A stretch of 64,000 nt of DNA from the human T2T-CHM13v2.0 reference genome, Homo sapiens: NCBI RefSeq assembly GCF_009914755.1, contig NC_060942.1. One strand, written 5' to 3'. The translations under genes and the position numbers were made by a program. Of the stretch, positions 1 through 12,125 are shown piece after piece (position 1 is the stretch's first letter; each line of letters begins with the position of its first letter). A model generated the notes under the pieces. That model was given only the letters and a program-made list of their open reading frames with translations, did no database searches and had not been told where the DNA came from.

Positions 1-616
1 CAGGCTACAGCACAGTTAAATGGCTATTGTGGTTTTCCCATCTAGAGACTAAACTAGACTAAGGGGCAGATCAGCCTGGTAAGTGTCTACAATTATATTG
101 TGGAACTAAAATGGAATAAAAGAAAGGCAATGTGATAAAGAATACTGGATGAACCCAAACTTCTTTTGGAAGAGGCTTGTAGTTATTGTCACTGTTTAGA
201 AGAAATCCTCTCATAGCCCCTTATGTGAAGAATCAAGAATATTCCAAGGAATATTCTAAATGTCCAAATGACCATGGAAGTTTAATTTTGCTTAATGGGG
301 TAAGGCCATTTGGGGCCCAAACAGTGTGCTGGTTGTAACAGAGGAAAGATTAGGTATTGTAAACAATAGTCCTCTTTCTTGATCCTTTCTCCACTTCAGC
401 CTTTCAAAGAGAAATATATAATAAATATTAATAAAACGTGTTGAAATAAGTGTTCAATTATTTGCCTTTCTAGATTATCCTTCTAAGTTCACCTACTTAC
501 TTAGAAAAATAATCAACCCAAATTACACAAATTCCTCAAATATGAAAAGTCATGACAAGATAGTAGAAGGGACACAAGAACCCCCTTGCTCCAATCCAGG
601 CCGCCAGATGTTTTGG

Positions 617-1167
617 AGCAAAGTTCTAGAGTTTTAGTTAACGTGAGAATTACCTGGAAGACTTCTTAAAGTACAGATTGCTGGGCTCTACTGCCACAGT
701 TTCTGATTGGGTAGGTATGGGGCAGGGCCTAGAATTGTGCATTTTAATATGTATTTTTGTTTTTAATTGGCACACAATAGTTGTACACATTTATAGGATA
801 CAGGCTGATATTTTGTTACATGTATACAATGTTTGGTGATCAAATCAGACTAGTTAGCACATCTATCACCTCAAAGAGTTATCATTTGTTTGGGTTGGGA
901 ACATTCAAAATCATTTCTTCCAGCTATTTGAAAATATTCACCAAATTATTGTTAACTTTAGTCACAGTACAGTGCTATAGAGCATTAGAACTTACTCCTC
1001 CTGTCTAAGGGGTGTAATTTTGTATTCCTTAAGCAACCTCTGTCTATCCCCTCCCTACCCTTCCCAGCCTCTTGTAACCATTGTTCTACTTAACATTGTG
1101 CGTTTTCAGCAGGTTCCCAGGAGGTGTTGCTGTTGCTAGTCTAGGGACTGTACTTTGAGAACCACTG
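617..1167. mobile_element. MER5A-like hAT MITE, split in two by an L1 insertion
   Basis: gaattacctggaagacttcttaaagtacagattgctgggc...gggcctagaattgtgcatttt resumes after the L1 as cagcaggttcccaggagg...tactttgagaaccactg. Confidence 0.75.
746..1094 (-). mobile_element. L1MA-type 3' end fragment
   Basis: tgatattttgttacatgtatacaatg...gatcaaatcag...atcacctcaaa...gctatagagcattagaacttactcctcct is the antisense L1MA 3' UTR. Flanked by attgtgcatttt (734-745) and attgtgcgtttt (1095-1106). Confidence 0.8.
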
Positions 1168-2170
1168 TTTCAGAATTTGTATTCTGATATACTAAACCAA
1201 GTGAAGTTAACATATGCTTAGGGATTCTGTTAATTCATGTTTGTTTGTTTTTGTTTTTTAAATTCCTGCTCCATTGCATGGCCTCATAAGTATTATAATT
1301 TTTTTCCAGGGCTAAAGACCAGAGTTAAAGTTGTACATGTAATTGATATTTGATAAATTGAAAGTAGATTATATTGCATCATCCATAGAATTATTTTTAT
1401 TTCCTTCAATGGAGGTCTCTTTATTTGTCTTAAGCCAAAAGAAGCAAATGTGGTAGCATCTATTTCTAAGAAAAGATGATAGTGGCATGGTTTTCTGGGT
1501 TGATATGAAGATTCACGGATCATCAGAAACTCTAAGCACCCCAAAATGAAAGTTTGTGTAATTTTAAGTGATACAATTATGCATAGCAAGTTCTATGGGG
1601 ATTTGTATGACATTTTCTAATCTCAAAATCTTGTAGGAGCTTTTTTCCCCACTTCCAAGCTACTTCTTATAAATTTCATTTTGAGCTTCTATTGCCTTAA
1701 CCAGAAGCTTTTACATTTTGGACCTGGAAAGAGATTTCTGACTCCACAGAGAATTATTTTTTACACTTAACAATGTTTGATATTGTAGATAAAATGTCAT
1801 ACCTTAAAAACCTCATTTTAAGTTAGTTTGCCTCTGCGACTGAATGGTCTTTGGAACTGAGAAGAATATGATAAAGAGAGCAAGCACAAAGGGACCAAGC
1901 TTAGAGAAATATTTGTACTATTTGATCATTTTGGTGAGTTTCTAAAATATATTAAGAATATTCTCTATGTATAGATAATTAATATAAACTTGAAATGTCT
2001 TTGGCAATATTATTTCTGATGCTTATTTATGTCTGAGAAAACTAAAACAAATAGATAATAAAAGTTCTCCCTTAGGTCATTCCTCAAGGGTAGGCCTTCT
2101 TTTATATCCTCATCAGGAAGCATGGAAGGTTTTGCTATCTTGGTATCTGCTTACAAACTATCATTTTACA

Positions 2171-2250
2171 GAAAAAAAAAAAAAGGAGGAGAAGAAAGAG
2201 GAGGTGGAGAAGGAGGAAGTGTAAGGGGAGGAGGAGGAGGAGGAGGAGAA
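2171..2250 (+). repeat. Purine-rich low-complexity tract, A-run then (GAG)n
   Basis: gaaaaaaaaaaaaaggaggagaagaaagaggagg...gaggaggaggaggaggagaa. Confidence 0.85.
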
Positions 2251-3157
2251 GGCCCAATGATGATCTGACACCTCATTACTTTTCTTCAGACAATTATAGA
2301 TAAGAAACGCTAGCCAATAGTTAAATACATATATGGCTTTATGCCTATATTTCAACCAAAGATTTAGAAATCTTCCCAAACCAACATTTGGAGGGAGAGA
2401 GAGATGGAAACACTCATTTTTATGGTGAACTCTGATGTCAGACTCCGTTGTGTAAGTTTCTTAATGGATGAGATTTGGGAACTTTCCAGTCTATTTCTCC
2501 ACAATATATTATAGTTGTCTTAAGTAATTTTATGGCAGAGTTCAAAGGATTTCTTTCTTTATGAAGCAAGGCTTGGAAATGTAACTATTTGAGGGTTCAA
2601 GGGGATGGCCATTGGACATCTTAAAAATAAAACCAAACAAAATAAACTTCTCCATTAGGTTTTCACCTGGATGAAATCCTCACCATTGTAATTCTAATAT
2701 GAAATTCTCTGCAGCATTGTAAAATCGGAAGTTTAGTTTTGATTCTCAAAATGAGTTCTTCTGTTGCCTTCCCATGACCTCCTTCCATGCATTTTCCAGG
2801 AGGTCTACACTTTGAATGAACTCTGAGTACCTAATTCCAGACTACAACTTTTTGAGCCACAGGCTCCGAAGTTATTTCTACTTCTTGTCTTCTTCAGTTT
2901 TATCATCTCTGTCTTCCTCTCTTCATACATTAAATCAGCGTAGTTGATTTAAGATTAATCCTTGGATGAAGTCATTTTATAAAATTATTTTATATTAAGA
3001 AATTATATACTGGTGGGCAAAATCTCTCCAAATGGAACCAGTACACTAAGAGAAAGGGTTGAGGGGGTTTATCTAAATTGATGTCAATGTAATGTATTCG
3101 TGGGACATTTCTTAGTCCTGTGTGCAATACAAGGAAGTTAAAGGTAGCCTTGCCTAA

Positions 3158-4664
3158 TGACACGGTATTTTTCAGTGCCGCTTCGCCAGCCGGAAATCTT
3201 CCACAACACGCAGCGCTCCTGCCTGGGCCTCACTGGGTTCCGAGCTGGCCGCTGAGCTGGTTCTGCCCACTCAGTCTGACAGGCTGCGGTCGGCTCGTGC
3301 TACGACCCCTGATCCCACGCCCACCATAGGCGTGCCAGGCATGGAGCGGTGAGGGGTGTGTGAGTGAGTGAGTGCGGAATCCAGCCACCACCGCACAGAG
3401 CCAGGTGCGCCAGCTGCTGCAGTGCGGCAGGCAGCTTTAGGTGCCGGCACAGGCGCTGGTTCCCTGTGAGGCGGCAGCTGGACCAGGCATACTGCAAGCA
3501 AATTCTGCCTTCGATGCTGGTGTCTGGACTGGGGGAACACGGTGACACCCAAAAAACTTAGAGACGCCAACAACCACAGAGCCCCAAAAGGGTGTTACAG
3601 CATGTCACCGTTTGTTTGTTCCCGTAGCCCAGCAAACAAGGGTGTGTCAGAGCTCTGGCTCCGGGAGTCCCAAGGTCTGCACCTCCAGAAGGGTTGCAGC
3701 TCTTCTCTCCTTCCTGCCATATGCAGCACAGTGAACGGGGCAAGGGGTGGGCAGGAGTGTGTTTCGGCTCCTTTTTGTTACAGCTCATTCAGTCCTGCTG
3801 CACTACTCTGGCCCACAGCTCTTGGGCTGGCCCGGCCCCACTGCAGCTTCTTGTCGTCTTGGGTGGCCACTCGGGCAGCAGTGGAGGGCTGGAGGGCTAC
3901 AGTGTTACAGCTCCTTTTGCACCTGATGTTCAATGGGTCCCAGGTTCTTGTCCTGCATCCAAGAAGAATGAGGTTGCTTGGATAACTGGAGAGTGAGCAA
4001 GGTGGAGAAAAGTTTTACTGAGTGACAGAACATCTCTGGGCGGAGAGGCGATCTGCAGTGGGTAGTCCCCAGGTGTGGCTGAGTCTGGAGTTTTTATAGG
4101 CTCAGAATGTGGGAGGTGCAGCCTGTAGGTAGCCATGGAAAAGGCAATATTTGATTGGTTAAAAAGCATTATTCAGGCTGGACCCATTGGCTCATGCCTG
4201 TAATCTCAGCACTTCGGGAGGCTGAGGCAGGTGGAACAACTGAGGTCAGGAGTTTGAGACCAGCCTGGCCAAATATGGCCAACATGGCCATCTCTACTAA
4301 AAATACAAAAATTAGCCAGGTGTGGTGGCGCATGCCTGTAATCCCAGTTACTGGGGAAGCTGAGGCAGGAGAGTCACCTGAGGCGGAGGTTGCAGTGAGC
4401 CAAGATCGCATCACTGCACTCCAGCCTGGGAGACAGAGCCAGACTCCATCGCCCAAAAAAAAGAAAAAAAAAAGAATTATTCAGAAAGAACCAATCAGGA
4501 AAGAACAGGCAAACAGGAACAGAAGTTCTCACTCTGGTCACAGACTCCATTCAGAACCAGCAGCCCAGTTTTCAGGCTTTAGGCTTTTTTCGGCTTGAAG
4601 GTTGGGTTTCACTGGGGACCCACCCCTGTCTGCCTGGGAATTTGTCTGCCTCCTGCCACTGTCA
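3158..4664 (-). mobile_element. ERV1 solo LTR, MER52-like, containing an Alu
   Basis: TG...CA termini with perfect 4-bp TSD CTAA (3154-3157, 4665-4668). GC-rich body. The minus strand starts tgacagtggcaggaggcagacaaattcccaggcagacagggg as in MER52-group LTRs. Confidence 0.85.
4176..4468 (+). mobile_element. AluS inserted in the MER52-like LTR
   Basis: Dimeric Alu with A-tail. TSD aaaaagcattattca (4161-4175) / aaaaagaattattca (4469-4483). Confidence 0.95.
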
Positions 4665-5429
4665 CTAACATGAGCTGAAACTTAGAAAAGGAGACCAATA
4701 GAATCATATCTACTATTTCTCAATTAACTTGATTCACCAGGATCCATCTTTTCTATAAAACTAATCACTAATGCAAGTTACTTAAAGCAGTGAGGTGCCT
4801 ATATCCCAAAGCCATATATTCAAAATATAATTGTTATAAAGAGTACAAAAAGCTCAAATTGCCATTGAACTGCAAGGGTAATTGTGTTAAAGTTGATCTA
4901 TGTACTCACAGCACTGAAAACTGTCATAATCTCCTTGTTTCAGACTAAGTGGATTATTTATGTGTGATAATGGGCACATATGCTCATTAACATGCTGTCA
5001 TAAACAGCTGTGTTAAATGTATTATGTGTTCTGTGACATAAATAAGGTGCTTAACATGAGGTTGTGTTTAAAATATAGGCCCCAGGAAGAACAAAAAAGC
5101 AATACATGCTTTCTAATATAGTTGCCTGCTCTTGAATTTCAAATTTATTTCTTCTTTATTAATGCTACTTGTATGGAAATTGTGGGTATTACTCTAGCGA
5201 AATATCTTGGCATTCAAGGACATTAGAACTTCTTTCTGCTGTCTCATCCTTAGTGTTTCTCAAGCCAGGTTTGCTAGCTTGTGTTTCTTTTCTGGTAGAG
5301 GAAGAGATCACGTAGACATGGGAAAGGTATTTTCAGCAAAATCAGCCTTAAGTGATTCAGCAAGCTTAGAGCAGGGTTCATTTGACAGATGCTCTCAATT
5401 CAATCTTGTTCTAAAAGCCTCCAAACTAG

Positions 5430-5590
5430 ATGTTGAACTTAGAGATCATCTAGTTCAACTTCTTAATTTTTGCAGATGAAGGAACTGAGTTTCTGAGGGC
5501 TTAAAAGACCTTTCTGAGTCATGAATTTTGAAGTGATAAAACCAAGACCTAAGGCTAGATATCCAGACAGCCAATTCAATGTACTTCCCA
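5430..5590 (-). mobile_element. MIR fragment
   Basis: cttagagatcatctagttcaac...ttttgcagatgaaggaactgag resembles the MIR core. Confidence 0.55.
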
Positions 5591-7277
5591 CTAGAAGAAC
5601 AGGATGTACTATAATTGGGTTGACTACACCAAAAGGATCTGTGGGGAGAAGGAGCTTATTTGAAAATAAAGACACCAGGCTGCTGTCATCTGGGATCTTT
5701 ATCAATATCCATCTATAATAGAGTTATGTGCTCACCATTATTTTACAATTTATATTAATTCAAGCAAAGTTCCAGATGCTTTCTGAGTGAGTGGCCAAGG
5801 TGAAAGGAATGAATATATGACAGTGAGCGACACAAGACATCATTGGGCAGAATAACAGACTTCAAACGTAAGTTTTAGAAAAATTGAGTATGCAGGAACG
5901 AAGCAAATAAAACCAGGGAGAAACCGTAAGAAGCTGTTCTGCTTTCTCTTCACTGTAAAATGGGGTGTACAAAGATAGAAATAGTTCTGTCCATCAGGAC
6001 CAGTATGAGTTAACCCCTTATGAGAATATGGATTACCTGCAATTTAGATGCCTGCCTTTTAAATGACAGAAGATTGGAATGATTTTACAAAGTACAACGA
6101 AAAGTGTTCCCATTACAGAAAAATGAAGGAAGCTAATGAAGTCAAGGTTGCTATCGTGGAAAAAAAAAATGAAGACTAAAACATAATTTAGGTGGTATTT
6201 TTTAAGAAATGAAATGCCATTTCAAACAAATAAAGGGCTCTTAAAGAAAATGTCCATCTCTTCTGCATTTTCACACAAGGTGTTTCAGGAGAAAATGGGA
6301 TTAAACATCAGCAAGAAAATTCAGTTAGACTCTTAAAATGATTAAATATTGAAAACAAGATACCGAGGGACATTGTAGAATCTCTAGCCCCAAAGATTGT
6401 TCAAAATGAAATTGAAAGTAATTTGACTTGAATGATTTAAGTATACACCTGTCTGAGCAAATGGTGGAGCCAATGACCTCCTGAAACCTTGTCAAGGTCT
6501 TTGACTCAACATGTGAGTATTCTGTCAAATGCTATACTGCCAGCTTCAAAAACAATATACTTTAACTGATTATACTTGCTTCCTCCCCTCAAGATTCTTA
6601 AATGAATTTCTATTACCCTTGGTTGATTCTTTATGTTCATTTACGTTTATGAAACAAATTCAACTGTAATATTTATTTAGATTTCCAAGCCCATGAGAAA
6701 CATTTGGATGAAAATTAAGACCCTTCAGGGATTTGTGATTTTAGGTAGTAGCTTTATTGACTTGCTTCTGCCAGTGGGATTTACCTATTTTAAAACCCAC
6801 CTGAGCTTTGTCCTAAATAACTTTGCCCATGCTGTTCAGAGTTGACTTTTATTCTTATAGAACCCTGTATCAGATTGGATTTTTTAAAAATTTCAATGGA
6901 TGCCATAATCAGAATGAAGAGATAGAAATAGTCTCCCCAAAAGTCTTAGCTACCACACTAATAACTATTGCTACTTTAAAATATCTAATTTTATTTGGAA
7001 AATATTAGTTTTTTCTGTCTAAATTTTCATGTACTGACTGATATGTGGTAATAAGCATGCCAGGATTTATATGAATTTGTAATTTCTCATAATATTAACT
7101 TTTGGAGCCAATTGTTTTCTTAATTATGATTACCTCGACTGGGTACTTTTTTGCTTATTTAACATAATATCCTTGATTTTAGTTTTTATTTATTCTTGGA
7201 CATTGTTCAAAGCCCTCAGCTTTTGTGAAAAGCTTTGTAAAGAAAAGACAGGGAATCTAAGCCTGAGATTTATTTGA

Positions 7278-7700
<423 letters not shown>

Positions 7701-7744
7701 TGAGAAAATAATTTTTGTAGAAATAATGTACATTTTAAAAATCT

Positions 7745-8505
7745 TTTAAATTTTAAGTTGACAAGTAATTATATATTTTTATGAAGTACAATGTCATGTT
7801 TTGATGTATGTATACATCGTGGAGTGATTATATCAAGCTAATTAACATATCTGTCACCACATACTTCTCTCTTTTCTGTGGTGAGAACATTTAAAATCTA
7901 CTCTTTTAGCAATTTTGATATATACGTTGCTGTGCAATAGATATTAAAAGCTTATTTCTTCTCTCTCACTGAAACCTTGTGCCCTTTGACAAACATCTTT
8001 CCATTCCTTACCACGCCCCATCTTCCCAAGCCTCTGGTAACCATTCTGCTCTCTAGTTCTATGAGTCTGACTTTTTTATAATAGATTCTACCTGTAAGTG
8101 AGATCATGCAGTATTTTTCTTTCAGTGCCTGGCATGTTTCCCTTAGCATAATATCCTGTAGGTTCATCTATGTTATCACAAATAACAGGATTTACTCTTT
8201 TTAAAGGCTGAATAGTATTCCATTGTGTGTGTGTATGTATATCATATATACACACACACACATATATATATATATCTCATATTTTCTTTACCCATTCGTG
8301 ATTGATTCCACATCTTGGCTGTTGTGAATAATGCTGCAATTAACATGGAGTATAGATATCTCTTATATACCCTCATTTCAATTCCTTTGGATATATACCC
8401 ATAAGTAGGATTGTTGTATCATATGGTAATTCTAATTTTAGTTTTTTGAGAAAGCTACATAACCATTTTTCATAATGGCTATCTAATTTACATTTTCACC
8501 AACAA
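7745..8505 (-). mobile_element. L1MA-type 3' end, ~110 bp downstream of the exon 2 donor, with an internal (TG/TA/CA)n microsatellite
   Basis: atcaagctaattaacatatc, ataagtgagatcatgcagtat, ggctgaatagtattccattgtg and taatttacattttcaccaaca are hallmark antisense L1 3' UTR motifs. Confidence 0.88.
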
Positions 8506-9583
8506 CGCACATTTTTAAGAAAAAGGAAAGATGTAAAAAGATTCATGTTTATTCTCTCATGGATTTGACTGACCTTTCTCCTTAAATTATCTTAGAAAAC
8601 AGTCATAGGACCTCAACTGGCTGCGTAAAGTTATGAGATTATTTTTTTAAACAAAACTGTTTCAAGTTGACTTACTACTTATATCTAAGGGAGGACTTCT
8701 CATTAACAGAAAAATATTAGAAAATATAATTTGCTAATTTTACTTTACAGCTTCATTAAATGCTAAACTTTTGCAGAGTCCATTTTTTTGTTGTGGGGCC
8801 TTAAGAAGAGTAAATTTTATTTTAATTATAGTGGCATGGCCTACAACATATACATGTCAAGTAAGAAATAAAAATTCCTTCTAGTGCTTCCAAATTTCTT
8901 AACGCTTGGTAACATGTTGGCTCAACAGCTGAGTAATAAGATGAACAGTTTTTGTTTTCACCTGGATACACTGAAGTCATGTAGACTCTGAAAAAATGGT
9001 ACTGACCATTCTGGAACCCATGATATTGCTATTTCTGCCCCACTCTTCTGGTTAGAAGGCAGCTCATAATTATTTCTGTTGGCCCCTGAAATGTTAGACC
9101 TGCAAAGTGAAGAATCAGTTTTTTTACTTGTTTCTATAAAGATTTGACCAAAACCTGTCTTTTTTTTTAACTTTTATATTGACCATAAAGCAAGGCAAGC
9201 AGATTGAACTTGAAATAAATTTAAGTTATGAATGGGTAAGCAGATTTGAAGGGCTGCTTTCAACGTAATCTTTAGTTCTCAATAAAAACAATATTGAATC
9301 ATAGGCTGTTTAGTCATTTGTTATGGGTTTTCTTTCCCAGGTCCTACTTAGTCTAGTCTCATCTTGGAAGACTGATCAGAATAACTCATTTTCATCAATA
9401 ACAGGACAATTGGGCAGAATCACCACTCCTTCATGCACTCTCCTAGTGAGGGTCTGAGAAAGTTGAAATCTGAAAGATGTGATTTTGTCAGGTGGTGCTA
9501 TAAAGAATTACATCTCATAGATATGTGGTTAATTCCCATATGTAGCTTCAAACCACTCTTCTGTAGCTTTTCTCCACTAAGAA

Positions 9584-9943
9584 CTCTGTAGACTGAATGT
9601 TTTTTCTCCCTAAAATGTGTATATTGAAATTCTAACCCCCAATGTGATAGCACTGGGAGGTGGAGCCTTTGAGAGATAATTAGATCATGGGGTGGAGCCC
9701 TCATGAATGTGATTAGTGCCGTTATAAAAGTAACCACAGAACACACCTGCTCCTTTCACCATGTGAGGATACAATGAGACGTCTGTAATCTGCAACCCAG
9801 AAGAGGACCCTCATCAGAAACCAATCATGCTGGCACCCTGATCTCAGATTTCCAGCCTCCAGAACTTTGAGAAATCAATGTCTGTTGTTTACAGCCTACC
9901 CAGTCCAGATACTTTGTGATAGCCACCCAAACTGATGAAGGCA
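9584..9943 (+). mobile_element. MaLR LTR, MLT1A-like
   Basis: gactgaatgt...ttgaaattctaacccccaatgtgatag...tggcaccctgatctcagatttccagcctccagaactttgagaaatcaatg. Confidence 0.85.
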
Positions 9944-9977
9944 GAGTTTTCCATAGTCAGTTAAGCCAGATTTTACC

Positions 9978-10099
9978 TAGAGGTAGACTGGCTAGCCATT
10001 CTGCTTTTCTTTGGACTGACTTGGCTTTTGCACTTGAAAGTCCCATATCCTGGGAAGCCACCTCAGTGCCAGGTAAAACCAGGACAGTGGGTCACTCTA
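9978..10099. mobile_element. MER81-like hAT MITE
   Basis: ~120 bp with gcacttgaaagtcccatatcctgggaagccacctcagtgccaggtaaaaccaggacagtgggtcactcta and degraded terminal inverted repeats. Confidence 0.65.
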
Positions 10100-11974
10100 C
10101 CTCAAAGTGTCCCTGGTCTGCTTTAGCAATGACAGACTGAGGTGCAGATGCAGAAAACCCCCTCTACTCAGGAGACAGGCCAGGTGACATCCTGATGGTG
10201 AAAATCAAGGCTATAAAGTAACTGGAACCTTGGAGTGATGAGTGTCTGAAATTTGATTGATGAGTATAAAGTGTAGAGAGAACTGAATGTTAATGTTAAT
10301 TATGATTGATTAGGAGAAACAAGTGGAATAAATCCTTCAGATTTGGTAAAAGCAGCTTTCTCAGAATGCTCCAAATGAAGTGGAAAGGGGACAATTTGAC
10401 TTTCAGTCACTAGAGAATTTCTGGCCTCATAGATCCCACCCATCAGTTGTCCACAAGGCCAGAGGAGGTCTGCTGATTTGAATGAAGCAGGCTGATATTT
10501 TGATGCCTTATTATGAAAGGCAGCTGCCTATGCACTGTTAATGAAAATGGCCTGTTACATTGCAGTTTCAGTCTTCATGCAATCTACATTCACATTTACA
10601 TGTGCTGTCTTTCAGTAGTGAAATGAAGAAGAGTTCCTTCGCTGTGAGATATTAAAATACAGTGGCTTGGACTTTAGTATTCTGTACAAGGATAGGCACA
10701 CGGATTCAGTCACTGAGTTAAAATCTCATATTAGATTGTATCATTTCAAGGCAATAAGGCTGTTCACAGCATTTTAAACACTTACCATGCTGTTTGGCAA
10801 CACAGAATACATCAATGTTATGTCTGCTGAGGTTAAGATTGCCAAACCACTAGAATTCACAAGGGGCATATATCTTCCCAGTAATAAAGACCATGGACCT
10901 GATTTAATCTCAGTTTTAAAGCATTAGCACTCAATAAACCAGTCACCACTAAATGGTAACAGTAGGCTTTGCTTGGGTAAAACAACAACAACAAAAAAAT
11001 GTTTTGTACTCTCAGGTGCTGTATAGAGCCCATATTAAATAATGTCCCTCTTCCATTTTTGCTTTCTCAAAGTGTCTTTTGATAAAAAGAAGTGTAGCAA
11101 ATGAAATCTGTCTTTAATCAGTCAGCACATTTTACACAATGATCTTGCCATGCACCATTCATCCTATTTTCTAGGAGCTTCTCAAGTGCTCTTAAAGGCT
11201 TGAGTGCACACTTGGCTGGAGAGGGAAGGAAAGTAGGAAAGATAAACGAAGAACTATCATTCCATCCAACATTTTCTTAAAAGTTGCAAAGTAACAGGCT
11301 ACTGACTCTCAGTATTTCTAGTCATTTTGAGTTCTATCAGTAAAGAATACCTGGGCTATTAAGCCTCCATTTGAAAGCAACTTCATCATACTGGCTGAAA
11401 TTTGGGAATTTTATTTTTATCCAATTAGCTCTAATCTAAAATGCTGCAGTGTTTCTGTGCCATGTATACTTCTATTTAGTCCTCTAGATTGAGAACAGCT
11501 GAAGAAGGGAAGCAGCGCTGAACTTATCTATGAAGCTTTCCTACCATCCCCTCTACTGTGTATCTAGCAAAGTATGTCATGTTAATAGTAGACATTTGCC
11601 TTACCAATGAAGACCTGGGGCTTTATGCCATATAAAGAGAGCTTTCCGCTGTTGCCATCCTCCTCTCTACCTCTCCTTCTTTGTCTCCCTTCTACTCCTC
11701 CTCCTTCTTCACTGGATTTCAGCAGATCAAACTCACCCATATATGTGCATACATAAACATACTCTTAACAAACTGAGTTGGAATAATTTGCTTTATATCT
11801 CAATAGCCTACAAATTAATTAACTATTGAAAACTTTGTGATTAGAAAATTGACTGTTTGGGAATATTCAAGTGCCACTTAAAAAGGAAAAAGCATGAGCA
11901 TTTCTTCATTCCTTCCCTAACCCTTACCGTGAAAATGAACTTGCATCTGGCCAAGCACATCTTCCCTACTCTAA

Positions 11975-12125
11975 ATGTTGCCAGCTATCTGAGCCTCTGG
12001 AGTATTTTCTGTTCAGCAGACATAATAATAACCTACCTCCCAAGGCTGTGGTAATTTTCAAACAACATCTAGGATGTAAAGCTCTAGTGCAGAGTAGATT
12101 CTTATTCAATGACAGCCATAGTATA
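11975..12125 (+). mobile_element. MIR fragment
   Basis: tctgagcctc...ataataataacctacctcccaaggctgtggt...atgtaaagctctag. Confidence 0.55.

Noticed and set aside
3120-4598. Cluster of overlapping ORFs and CpG-rich sequence suggesting a gene or CpG-island promoter
   Set aside because: Lies essentially within a GC-rich MER52-like LTR and an Alu bounded by TSDs. The peptides have no recognisable domain.
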